This document shows, in pieces, positions 53,634 to 63,638 of a DNA stretch of 64,000 nt. The position numbers and the translations under genes are program-made. Every line of letters begins with the position of its first letter. Positions within the stretch are counted from its first letter, which is position 1. The stretch comes from Candidatus Amesbacteria bacterium. GTDB lineage: Bacteria; Patescibacteriota; Microgenomatia; CAZETR01; Amesbacteraceae. The stretch spans positions 1,793 to 65,792 of the forward strand of contig CAVTQH010000004.1 of NCBI GenBank assembly GCA_963736875.1, read 5' to 3'. A model generated the notes under the pieces. It worked only from the letters and a program-made list of their open reading frames with translations, did no database searches and was not told the origin of the DNA.

Positions 53634-54718
53634 GTTAAGATTTTTAGTACTTCTGGTTTTATTAAATCTGATCTTATGCCTGGTGCATATCACGGATTGG
53701 GCACCTTTATCCGCCGACCAGATATGGTTTTATAACACAGCCAAAGAAAGTTTGTTTCACGGAGGTTTTCCTTTGGTTTACGGCTTAAGGTCAAGCATCT
53801 ACTGGCTGCACCATGGCGCCTTTTGGTTATACGTTCTTATACCGGCTTTGCCGTTAACAAATTTCCATCCGCTCACAGCTTCTTTCATGACCGTTTTTTT
53901 AAATCTTCTTAATATCCCTCTGATTTATTACTTTTCAGGTTTATTGTTTGGTAAAAAAAAGGCCGTTATCTCTGCTTTTTTAATATCATTTTTTAATTAT
54001 TCAATTGTTTTGTCCCGCCTGGGAAATCACATTTCTCTGATCCCTTTGTTATGGTTGATTTTCGCTTTATGTTTGATTAAAAAAAGATACTTTCTTTCTG
54101 GTCTCTTTTTGGGATTTTTATACCAGACACACCTTTTTGCGTTTATTTACTGGCCGGCGGCAATTTTATATTTGCTTTATAAAAAAGCCCCGCTATCCGG
54201 TTTTATTACCGGTTCGGTTATCGGAATTATTCCCTTTATAATTTCCGGACCCATCCAGACATTCGGGATTGTTGTCTGGCTGATGAAATATCTTCTGACT
54301 CTTAGAAATTTTTCGGGTGCATCCAATTCCCAAATGCTGATATTTCTGATTCCGGTAATGGTGGCTTTAGCTGTAGTTCTCTCACGGTTAAAGGGCAGAT
54401 TTATTGGTAATTTTGGGTGCGGTATATATTGTTTTTAACGTCCACTACCTGATATCCTGCAGATATACTCCCTGGTCAATTTTTTATAGTATCAATTACG
54501 GCCAAAAACTGCGGATAAGCAGAGAGATTTTGCAGAAAAGCCGTTTGAGTTCACCTGAAATAATAGTTCCGGGTGGATTACCCGATGCCAGCAATTCTTA
54601 TTCGGAACCCTATAAATACATTATCTGGTGGCTGCAAAGACGTGGAGAAAAGCCTTCGGGAACATATTCAAAATTTATAGTTGACGAAAACACTTTATCA
54701 GTGAAGATGTTAGAATAA
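53593..54718 (+). CDS. GT-C-like membrane glycosyltransferase (indel)
   Basis: SADQ..F, GLRSS, HHGAFWLY; many TM segments; ORFs 53593-54438 and 54404-54718. Confidence 0.7.
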
Positions 54719-54723
54719 TTCCG

Positions 54724-55485
54724 ATGCTGACAGGTGTAGTAATTGCCAGAAATGAGGAAAAAAACCTGTCCTTGTGTCTCCCCGGATTGAAATTTTGTTC
54801 GGAAGTTCTGGTGATTGATAACAATTCAGCTGATTATACCAGGCGGGAAGCACAAAAATTCAAAGTCCGGGTAATCGGGTCTTTGATCGAAAATGATTAT
54901 GCGGCTCTCAGAAATTATGCCCTGGAACAGGTAAAAACAAAGTGGGTACTGTTTGTTGATGCGGATGAAATCGTCAGTCCCCAATTAGCAGAAGAAATTA
55001 TTTCGGCAATCCAAAAACCCGGATATGTGGGTTTCTATCTTCCGCGTACGGATTTTCTCTGGGGAAAACCTTTGAATCATGGTGATGTCGGTTCGGTCAG
55101 GCTTCTCCGGTTGGGCAGAAGGGGAGCCGGGCAGTGGCAGGGAAAAGTCCACGAAACGTGGCAAATATCGGGTCTGGTCGGTCACCTTGACCACCCGCTT
55201 CAACACCACCCTCATCCTTCCGTTAAAGAATTTATATCATCCGTAAACCGGTATTCCGGACTTCGTTCAGAAGAACTTAAAACACTGGGAGTAAAAAGCA
55301 ATATTTTCCAGATACTTTTTTATCCGCCGTTAAAGTTTTTTTATTTGTGGATTATTAAGAAGGGTTTCCTTGACGGAACAGCCGGTTTTATCCACGCCAT
55401 GATCATGGCTTTTTACAGTTTCCTGGTTCGCTCTAAGTTGTATTTTCTAAATCGAAATATTTCTACGAGCGCGGTTTCGGAATGA
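54724..55485 (+). CDS. GT2 glycosyltransferase (WaaE/KdtX-like)
   Basis: IARNEE, DYAALRN, WVLFVDADE, VHE, GFLDG; paralog of 6837-7589. Confidence 0.88.
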   Translation: MLTGVVIARNEEKNLSLCLPGLKFCSEVLVIDNNSADYTRREAQKFKVRVIGSLIENDYAALRNYALEQVKTKWVLFVDADEIVSPQLAEEIISAIQKPGYVGFYLPRTDFLWGKPLNHGDVGSVRLLRLGRRGAGQWQGKVHETWQISGLVGHLDHPLQHHPHPSVKEFISSVNRYSGLRSEELKTLGVKSNIFQILFYPPLKFFYLWIIKKGFLDGTAGFIHAMIMAFYSFLVRSKLYFLNRNISTSAVSE

Positions 55486-56670
55486 AATATCTTTCCCGGT
55501 CGGTAATAGTTTTGCTAATATCAGCCTTCTGTCTGGGAAATCTGTATAAAATAACCTTTTTATTTCCTGACATTCACGCCACACTATTGGATTTGGTAAT
55601 CTTCACATCCACATTAACCGTGATATTAGTAAACCCCAGGGATTATGTAGTCAATTTTAAAACCTATGGCGTATTGATAAGACCGTTTATGTATTTTTTA
55701 GGTGTGGCTGCAATAAGTCTTGTTTTTTCGTTATCCAGATTCGGAATCCAGGCCTTTTTCGTAGGAAGTCTTTATTGGTTAAGGTTCGCATTTTACGGCG
55801 GTTATTTTCTTGTATTGAAAACGTTATTATCCGCAAAGGAGCAGAGGGTTCTTTTTTTGGGATTGGGAGGGATTATTTTGGTTACAAGTCTTACCCAATA
55901 CATATTATTTCCCGACGTTCGGCACCTTCAGATTGCAGAGTGGGATCCTCATTATTTCCGGGTAGTGGGATCGCTTCTGGACCCCGGATTTGTCAGCATA
56001 ATTCTGGTATTTTTTACTAATCTACATATATATCCATCCGGTAAAAAACTCCATTTTAAATAAATTAATAATATCTGTCGGTTATCTTTGTTTTGCCCTG
56101 ACATACTCGCGCACCGGCTTTATTGCTCTTTTTGCAGCTTCCGCATTTTATTCCCAGTCGATTAAATCCTGGCGTTTTATCTTAATTACCTCAATCATTT
56201 TGATAAGTACCCTGCTAATCCTGCCCCGTGCGCCCGGCGGTGAAGGGGTAAAACTCGAACGGACCAGTTCCGTCAAAGCCAGGTTGCTAAACTGGCAGAA
56301 TTCAGCCTCCATATTTGTAAAAAATCCGATTCTGGGAGTGGGATTTAACACATATCGTTATGCCCAAAAACAAGCAGGTTTTCTGGACACCTCAAAATGG
56401 CTGAAATCACACGCGGGGGCGGGTGCGGATTCTTCACTTTTGTTTATTGCTGCCACTACGGGAACCGTAGGCTTCATCTTTTTTATCCGGTATCTGAAAT
56501 CAGTTTGGAAAATATCATCGGCAGGTTTGTTTCTCCGGGCTTCTTTAGTAGCCTTGTTTTTTCACTCCTTTTTCTTAAATTCCCTTTTTTATCCTTTTGT
56601 ATTAATCTGGGTATCCCTGATGTTGGCTACGGTAAAAAATCCCGAAACTAAGGCTGATAGATTACGGTAA
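55482..56670 (+). CDS. O-antigen ligase/Wzy_C-family protein (indel)
   Basis: WDPHYFRVVGSLLDP, LTYSR, RTSS..AR...W, NPILGVGFN, DSSLLFIAATTG, HSFFLNSLFYP. Confidence 0.78.
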
Positions 56671-57368
56671 TTTCCTTTTGATTTATGTTGCCGGCTTTAT
56701 TTACGGCTGACACCTTTAATTTGTTTTCTCCGGGAGAAAGGCCCAATTGATGGCGAAAACGGCCGTCTGTTGCCACAATTATCACCCGTTCATTTATTGT
56801 TAGCCTGACATCGGGATCCGTCAGGCCTGTAATCTCGATTTTAGAGTTGTTGCCGGTAATGACTTGGCCGGTAATAGGTTTTTCAATTATTAATTTCGGT
56901 TCTTTTAATGAAAATCCGATATTCAGTTCATTCGACGGTTGACTTCTGTTTCCGGCGGTATCTACAGCTACCGCAATAAATTCATTATATCCCGTCGGTT
57001 AAAAGCACTTGGGAAAATTCAAACTCTCCGTTTTCAGATGTAACCACACTTTTGGGAGAATTTGAATTTTGAGTTAAAAAAACCATAGATCCTGGTTCGG
57101 CAATTCCCCGTAGTGTTAAATTGGCACTGTTGGTGGCCTCAAATCTGGAAATAAATACCGGGGGGCTTGGAGGGATAAAATCGGTTTTTTCTACCGGTCT
57201 CCCTGACGAATTCAGTTGGGTAATGAATAAAAACATCCTGGTTAAGACCTTAAATCCGAAAAATACTGATAGGCCGATTATTAAGACAGATCCGAAAATC
57301 AGTTGTATGGCTCTGATTTTATTTCTTTTTTCTTCCAGTCTTTGCCAGCGGGTATAAGGTTTAGCCAT
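56648..57368 (-). CDS. Membrane-anchored protein with Ig-like beta domains (indel)
   Basis: TM, PPSPP, TNS..L.L.G.AEPGS, GEF; continues in another frame (AVDTAGN..., GEN.LKVSA.NKAGN) to TAG at 56648. Confidence 0.65.
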
Positions 57369-57433
57369 AAATATTAGATTGGTTTTCTATATTTTATTCC
57401 TTAAGCTAAAATAATGCCAAGGCAACGGGTTTT

Positions 57434-57505
57434 GCCGAAGTGGCTCAATGGCAGAGCAAGGGTATCGTAAACCCTAGGTTGGGAGTTCGATTCTCCCCTT
57501 CGGCT
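57434..57505 (+). tRNA. tRNA-Thr(CGT)
   Basis: GCCGAAG/CTTCGGC acceptor, AGGGT-ATCGTAA-ACCCT anticodon arm, GGGAG-TTCGATT-CTCCC T arm. Confidence 0.92.
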
Positions 57506-57506
57506 C

Positions 57507-58335
57507 ATGTCTCAGGATAAATATTCTGCTGTCTGGGTTTCTCACTCGTCTCTTGGTGATTATCTCAAATGTCCGAGATCATATTACCTCAAAAATATTT
57601 ACCGTAATCCAGAAACAAACAAAAAAATCAGTATCACTTCTCCGGCACTTTCTTTGGGCCAGACGGTTCATGAAGTCGTCGAATCCCTGTCACAATTACC
57701 GTCATCCGGGCGTTTTTCCTCACCTCTGGAAAACAAGTACAAAACCGCCTGGAAAAAAGTATCCGGTAAAAAAGGCGGCTTTAAAGACCCCGACACCGAA
57801 AACGACTACTTCGAAAAAGGTTTAGCCATGCTTATCCGTCTTCAGAATAATCCCGGTCCCTTGTTGCATAAAACCATTAAAATCAGACAGCCGCTACCTT
57901 ACTATTGGCTTTCACAGGACGAAAACATCATTTTATGCGGCAAAATTGACTGGCTGGAGTATTTGGAAGCCTCCGACGAAGTAAATATTATTGACTTTAA
58001 AACCGGAAAATATGACGAGGACCCAGATTCACTGCAGCTGCCTATCTATCTTCTTCTGGTGACTCACTGCCAGTCGAAGAAAGTCTCACAAGCCTACTAC
58101 TGGTATCTGGAACGTGACAATAATCCGAAAGCGGTAATTCTTCCGGATCAGGAATCAGCTCATGTCCGGGTATTAAACTTGGCTAAAAAAGTGGCTTTGG
58201 CCAGAAAATTGAATCATTTCCCATGCCCCAAAGAAGGTGGATGCAGATCCTGCCACCCTTTTGAGCAGGTAATTTCCGGTCAGGCTGAACTGGTGAGGTA
58301 TCAATGATTACGGACAGGAGATATATTTTTTGTAG
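57507..58335 (+). CDS. PD-(D/E)XK nuclease (RecB/AddB/Cas4-like, probable Fe-S; 3' indel)
   Basis: S.SSL.DY.KCPR.YY, G..VH, GKIDW, IIDFKTG, QLPIY, C-terminal C..C..C. Confidence 0.82.
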
Positions 58336-58347
58336 CGGTAATAATAA

Positions 58348-59712
58348 ATGATTAAAAGATTAATAAATATCCTTTTAATCGGAATCGTTTTCATAACCGC
58401 CTTTAATTGGCGACATATTGCCCTCAATATTGGCATATTAGAAGATGAAATATACATTACAGGTACCGGTTCAATGTACCCCACATTTCCCAAGGGTAAG
58501 GGTGAAAACCCGGTTGAGTTAGCCCGTGAAACTGTTGCCTGGCCTAAAATGCGCCGATATCCGGGTGGAATATTACTTTTTAACACCAGGTATTTTGGGT
58601 ATCAGCTTCAGCAAGGAGATATTGTCAGCTTTTCCAACCAGATTACCCGGAAACTGACCGTGGATGAAACCGGAAGGGAAGCCGGATTAGTAAAACGGGT
58701 AATTGCTCTCGGCGGCGATACCGTGGAGATACGCGACGGTTTCGTCCGGTTAAACGGTAAGGAGATCGCAGAACCTTATACCGCTCTGGGGAGATCCACC
58801 TTCGGAGGTTCTTTTTTACCCGACTGCCGGATCTTCATCATCCCTCCCGGCCAGGCGTTTGTCATGGGAGACAACCGCAAAGGAAGCAGTGACTCACGCC
58901 ACGAATTGGGGATTATCTCCCTATCAGATATCGATCATGTCATTCCGTATCAGGAGCAGCAGGAATTTCAATCCCTGTGGCGGGATGCTTCCAAAGACTA
59001 CCTGCTGGCAAATAAACCGTTCCTTGATACTGACCAGTACCTCAGCCTGCTTAACCAAAAACGTCTGGATAATTCCTCAAAACCGCTGAAATACCAGTCT
59101 CTTTTAGAAACATCGGCACGAAAAAGAGCCGATGTCATAATAAAATATGACGATTTATCCTATGAAGCCACAAAAAGCGGCTTCACCATGGAAAAGGCGA
59201 TGCAGTCAGTCGGGTATTCAAATATTGTCTGGGGGGAAGCTCCGACACTGGGTTACTATACGGCGGAAGAGCTTTTAGAAAACTTCTTCCAGTTTCCTGA
59301 GTCCAAAAAGTTTATTATGCAAAAAGACTTTCAGGAAACCGGTATTGTAGCTAAAGTGGGGGAAATTAACGGTTGCCCGGTTCAGGTGATAGTCCAGCAT
59401 TTTGCCGGTTATGTTCCCCCAAACTATAGCCAGGAGGTCATAAACAGCTGGAAAAAGGCATTAGAGGGTCTTAAATCAGCCTATCCCAGCTGGCAGAAGA
59501 TCAAAGAGTATCCCCGGGAATACGCAGCCCATAAAAGCGATTATGATGAAATACTGGGTCTTTTTGGCCAGAGGATTGACCGACTGACAGCTATTGTTTC
59601 CCGGATGCAGGCCAACCAGTGGCTGACCGACGCGGAGGAGAAGTGGGTAGAACAGGACAATGACCTGGCTAAAAGATTGGAAGAATTGACTGAGAAACTG
59701 AATAAAAACTGA
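58348..59712 (+). CDS. Signal peptidase I fused to a CAP-like domain
   Basis: GSMYPT, LVKRVIALGGD, MGDNR.GSSDSR; then LNQKR...PLK...L..SA..RA, GE, ETGI, VQHFA. Confidence 0.78.
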   Translation: MIKRLINILLIGIVFITAFNWRHIALNIGILEDEIYITGTGSMYPTFPKGKGENPVELARETVAWPKMRRYPGGILLFNTRYFGYQLQQGDIVSFSNQITRKLTVDETGREAGLVKRVIALGGDTVEIRDGFVRLNGKEIAEPYTALGRSTFGGSFLPDCRIFIIPPGQAFVMGDNRKGSSDSRHELGIISLSDIDHVIPYQEQQEFQSLWRDASKDYLLANKPFLDTDQYLSLLNQKRLDNSSKPLKYQSLLETSARKRADVIIKYDDLSYEATKSGFTMEKAMQSVGYSNIVWGEAPTLGYYTAEELLENFFQFPESKKFIMQKDFQETGIVAKVGEINGCPVQVIVQHFAGYVPPNYSQEVINSWKKALEGLKSAYPSWQKIKEYPREYAAHKSDYDEILGLFGQRIDRLTAIVSRMQANQWLTDAEEKWVEQDNDLAKRLEELTEKLNKN

Positions 59713-59782
59713 GCGGGATAGGGGAGTCGGACCCCTCTCTTCACCTTGGGAAGGTGGCGTTGAGCCGATCAACTAATCCCGC
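59712..59782 (-). tRNA. tRNA-Gly(CCC), atypical T loop
   Basis: GCGGGAT/ATCCCGC acceptor, CCACC-TTCCCAA-GGTGA anticodon arm, AGGGG-TCCGACT-CCCCT T arm. Confidence 0.82.
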
Positions 59783-60161
59783 TTTCCCAAAATTTTATCA
59801 CCTTTATCCTCAATAATTCTTGCTCTTTATTCCAGGCTTCCTCTATCATTTTCCAATATTCAATCAGTAGGTAGCTCGGTATCTTTGAGGCCAGTCTATC
59901 TTGGTCTTCAGCTTCAAGCCAACATAATTTTTTGGCCAGTCTTTCTGTGTTTAATTTCCTAAGACTGACTGTGGAAAGCTTGTTAAAAGTATGAAATTCC
60001 TGATAAAGCTTTGACACAGGAAGGGACTTAGCCAGATAATCCCCTGTCATGGCAAGCAAAGCGTTGGCATACATAGCCTCGATCCACGGCTGTGGCGGCT
60101 GTTCCTGAAGTAAGGCTGTTTTTATAAGAGGAACTAAAACTTTCTTTTCCTTATCGCCCAT
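59769..60161 (-). CDS. Hypothetical helical protein
   Basis: 130-aa ORF starting 1 nt after the LysM gene stop. Confidence 0.6.
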   Translation of the reverse strand: MGDKEKKVLVPLIKTALLQEQPPQPWIEAMYANALLAMTGDYLAKSLPVSKLYQEFHTFNKLSTVSLRKLNTERLAKKLCWLEAEDQDRLASKIPSYLLIEYWKMIEEAWNKEQELLRIKVIKFWESGIS

Positions 60162-60162
60162 T

Positions 60163-60705
60163 TTACCTACAGATTATCGTCAGCTTCAGGCCAGGTACAA
60201 TTACCGATGGATTTACTATATTATTATCAGTGGCTATAATCTTCCACATAAATCCATTTCCGCAATTAGTCTGCGCGATATTCCACAAATTATCCCCTTT
60301 GACAACAGTATGTTCAATTTTCTTGATTTCCAACTGAGGCAAGGTTATTTTGGTATCCACTTCAAGCAAGTTGGGATTTGTGATAACCGTTTTGTTTGCT
60401 TCGTACACTTTTGACCATTCGTATCCCGAACCGTAAGCGGCTTTGGCAATTTTCCACAGATTGTCACCCTTTTTCACTGTATATTCCGAAGGCAATCCTT
60501 CCTTTACCACCTCTTCGACCGTCATTTGTTTCTTCTGCTCGGCTATCTGTTCGGTGGAAAGAGAGGAGGTCTGTCCTTTGTCAACTTTATTTACGGACCT
60601 GAAGTAATTGAAGATCAGCACTCCAACCAGAATAAAAATCAACGCAGTCAAAACATTGCTCACGCTACTCTCGTTTAATTTAAGATTTTTTAAAATATCT
60701 TTCAC
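60163..60705 (-). CDS. Membrane-anchored protein with two LysM domains
   Basis: TM; YTVKKGDNLWKIA...W.KVYEAN; HTVVKGDNLWNIA...NP.VI.PG. Confidence 0.9.
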   Translation of the reverse strand: MKDILKNLKLNESSVSNVLTALIFILVGVLIFNYFRSVNKVDKGQTSSLSTEQIAEQKKQMTVEEVVKEGLPSEYTVKKGDNLWKIAKAAYGSGYEWSKVYEANKTVITNPNLLEVDTKITLPQLEIKKIEHTVVKGDNLWNIAQTNCGNGFMWKIIATDNNIVNPSVIVPGLKLTIICR

Positions 60706-60812
60706 TTCGTCCTTCCCGGGCAGAGAGTTCTGCCGCGAATATAATACGACATGAAGTAATTTGCAAGTACTTCTATTTAAGTTAAAATAATAAACTGCTG
60801 GTTAATCATTTT

Positions 60813-60887
60813 GGAGCCGTAGCTCAGTCTGGTTAGAGCGATGCCCTGTCAAGGCATAGGTCGCGGGTTCGAGCCCCGTCGGCTCCG
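60813..60887 (+). tRNA. tRNA-Asp(GTC)
   Basis: GGAGCCG/CGGCTCC acceptor, ATGCC-CTGTCAA-GGCAT anticodon arm, GCGGG-TTCGAGC-CCCGT T arm. Confidence 0.95.
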
Positions 60888-61004
60888 CAAAACGGAATAG
60901 GGTGCGCCTGATGTGGAATATTGCAGTATATCGACAAATAACCGGTGAAATAAATTACATGGAGTAAATTTGATTTGTGATTTATCAAGCAGTACAATGC
61001 CGCG

Positions 61005-61517
61005 ATGGGTAGAAAAGAAGACCTAAATCCCAGCCCAATATTATTTGAAGTAAGTTCTGAAGTTACTATTCCCGGTGGTGAATTTATCGATCCGGTTTAT
61101 AAACATTTAGGACACGAAGGGTATCCTGTTCTTTTTTCGGCAGAACGTAGTCGGATATTGAGTGAACATGGGATAACACTGAAAAAATTAGAATCAGACT
61201 ATCAAATAAGGGCGTTTGTACGAAAACTGAATGTAGATTACAAAACTCCTGTTAAGGAAGGGGATAGGGTAACACTAATAACGTCAGCCACTCAACCCCG
61301 CGATATTGAGATTATTTTTCACCATGAAATGAGAACCGGGAAGACTCTAGATGCCAGTTCGGATTGCTCTTATATTGTTTTGGATTTACTGAATAAGCCG
61401 ATTAGTGTACCTCCAGAACTTCTTGAAGAATTGAATAATATTCGAAACGGGACACGAAAAGTAGAATTAATTGCATCAAGCCTTCATTACGTCGAGCAAG
61501 ATTGGAACTTCGGGTAA
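61005..61517 (+). CDS. Hotdog-fold acyl-CoA thioesterase-like protein (4HBT family)
   Basis: ID...HL.H..Y, L.VDYKTPVKEGD.V, P.SVPPEL; promoter TTGATT-N17-TACAAT 6 nt before the ATG. Confidence 0.65.
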   Translation: MGRKEDLNPSPILFEVSSEVTIPGGEFIDPVYKHLGHEGYPVLFSAERSRILSEHGITLKKLESDYQIRAFVRKLNVDYKTPVKEGDRVTLITSATQPRDIEIIFHHEMRTGKTLDASSDCSYIVLDLLNKPISVPPELLEELNNIRNGTRKVELIASSLHYVEQDWNFG

Positions 61518-61619
61518 AATCGATTCGGGGATAAACCATCACTGGCATAGCAGGAATAAATTAAGAATAAACTTCGTGACTCCTTTGGTTTTTTTGTTTA
61601 AACCAGATAAACTAAAGAT

Positions 61620-62967
61620 ATGAAAATAAAATTTTTAGGTGCTGCAGGCACGGTCACCGGTTCAGGATACCTGCTTACGGCAAATTCGGGAGAGCAAATT
61701 CTGATAGATTTGGGTTTATTCCAGGGTTCTCCTGAAATTGATGAATTAAATTACGCCCCGTTGGAAGCTGATTGCAGTCATTTAAGCGGTGGTAGTGCTG
61801 ACCCATGCCCACCTGGATCACTGCGGCAGGTTACCGTTACTGGAAAAGCTTGGATTTAAAGGCGAAATATTTATGACCACACCCACAGCTGAGATCACCG
61901 AAATTTCCCTTTTTGATACAGCCAAAATCAGTCTTGAAGATCATCCCCGAAGAGTTCTTTATGATCAAAACCAGGTATTTGATGTCATTAAACGCTTCAA
62001 AACGATTGAGTACGACCGGACTTTTAATATCGGCGGTTTCCGGGTAACGCTTCGGGATGCGGGCCATATTATCGGTTCTGCCAGTGTAGAAATTGAAACC
62101 GACTCACAAAAAATAGTCTTCAGCGGCGATTTGGGCAATACCCCCGAAGACCTGACCAAACCTACAGAAGCAATAAAGTCGTCAGATATCGTGGTCATGG
62201 AATCAACTTATGGAGATAAATCCCATCCGCCGGGAAAAGCCGAAGAGATCATTCAATCAGAAATTAATGCCGTCGAACAGACAAACGGTACACTGCTTAT
62301 TCCGGCTTTTTCCATAGACCGGACTCAGGAATTACTGCACATTATTTCTCATCTTAAATCCAAAAATCTGATAGGAACACAAACCCCGGTTTATTTGGAT
62401 AGTCCGATGGCTGAAAAAGTGACAATTATCTATGAAAAATACAGGTCCTTTCTCAACGCTGAAATTAATAAGGACTTTTTAACCGCCGACCCTTTTTCAT
62501 TCCCTGGTATGCAAATCATCAGAGACAGAAAGGACAGTTTTAACCTCAATGAGAATATAAATCCAAAAGTGATTATCGCGGGAAGCGGCATGATGACCGG
62601 AGGTCGGATAGTGGATCATGCTAGATTTTTTCTTCCGTTTGCTTCAACCAGACTGCTGATAGTAGGTTACCAGGGCGAAGGTACCCTGGGACGGCAACTT
62701 CTGACCGGGGTTAAAAAAGTCAAGATAGGCAAACAGGTCATATCTATCAATGCCCGGGTCACAGAGACCCAGGTAATGAGTTCACATGCCGATCAGCCGC
62801 GGCTAATAAACTGGCTAAGATCAATCCAGGGGGTCAAAAAAGTTATTCTTACCCACGGCGAAAATAGTCCCCGTGAAGTTCTTGCCGAAAAGATTAAAGC
62901 TGACCTAAATATTCCTGATATTTCTTTGCCTGTATTAAATCAAGAGTTGAATGTCTCCAGTTTTTAA
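61620..62967 (+). CDS. MBL/beta-CASP ribonuclease (indel)
   Basis: FLGAAGTVTGS, THAHLDH, AGHIIGS, FSGDLG, MESTYG, SSHAD, THGE. Confidence 0.9.
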
Positions 62968-63035
62968 ACCCAAAGTTTACGTCAATATTACAGGTTTACA
63001 ATAAGTTTGATATTAATAGATGTGAATACAGACGG

Positions 63036-63064
63036 TTGCATTATATAGGTTATATTAGTATAAT
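63036..63064 (+). promoter_or_regulatory. sigma70-type promoter
   Basis: TTGCAT-N17-TATAAT; the TTG called as the ORF start is the -35 box. Confidence 0.65.
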
Positions 63065-63077
63065 ACTGAACAGTTTT

Positions 63078-63326
63078 ATGAAAGAAAGAGAAATAAACGC
63101 TTTTTGCCCGCTTTGGTGGCACAAACTGATTTTCTGGAAGAGATGGGTTTACCCGGCCGTATTTGATGAGGTTTTATACAAAAAAACCGCGAAAAACGGA
63201 AAGAATACACACAAAATATCGAAATTTAACCGGATGTTAAGTATTAAATTAATTTCCGGGAAAATAACGAAAACTCACAAAAAAGTCGGGAAGAAGATAA
63301 AAGACCTGGGTTTGATTGAATTCTAA
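63078..63326 (+). CDS. Small basic hypothetical protein
   Basis: In-frame ATG downstream of a consensus promoter; Lys-rich. Confidence 0.5.
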   Translation: MKEREINAFCPLWWHKLIFWKRWVYPAVFDEVLYKKTAKNGKNTHKISKFNRMLSIKLISGKITKTHKKVGKKIKDLGLIEF

Positions 63327-63383
63327 GCCCGGTATCCGCAACGGTTGAAATAATCAGGCTTTGATGATAAAAGAGACTTAACA

Positions 63384-63569
63384 GTGAAAGAGAAAAAGAA
63401 ATTATGGTTAAATATCGCCGGTTGGGGACTTTTAGCCACGCCTCTTATTGAATTATTCCGCCAAAAATTGATTGTGGGATCGGGTCCCGAATGTATTGCT
63501 GCAGAACTTGCTGCCAGTTTTTTGGGTCTGGTGATATTACTAAAAAATAACTCGGCTAATACCAAATAA
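63384..63569 (+). CDS. Small two-TM hypothetical protein
   Basis: 61-aa ORF with two hydrophobic segments. Confidence 0.4.
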   Translation: MKEKKKLWLNIAGWGLLATPLIELFRQKLIVGSGPECIAAELAASFLGLVILLKNNSANTK

Positions 63570-63638
63570 TTACAGCGGCAGAGATTTATTACTCTTCCTT
63601 GCACTTAAAGGATAAATTGGGTTATAAACTGCAGTAGG

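Noticed and set aside
57507-58335. Cas4/CRISPR system
   Set aside because: No repeat-spacer array or other cas genes in the window; treated as a solo PD-(D/E)XK nuclease.
654-62967. More than 25 split genes as pseudogenes or programmed frameshifts
   Set aside because: Single-base indels hit essential genes (ileS, ftsA, ftsW, ftsI) at scattered non-slippery sites with otherwise intact motifs. Unpolished long-read error is the simplest explanation; read mapping would confirm.
62970-63015. GTTTAC/GTTTGA short direct repeats upstream of a promoter
   Set aside because: Too short and irregularly spaced in AT-rich DNA to support an operator call.
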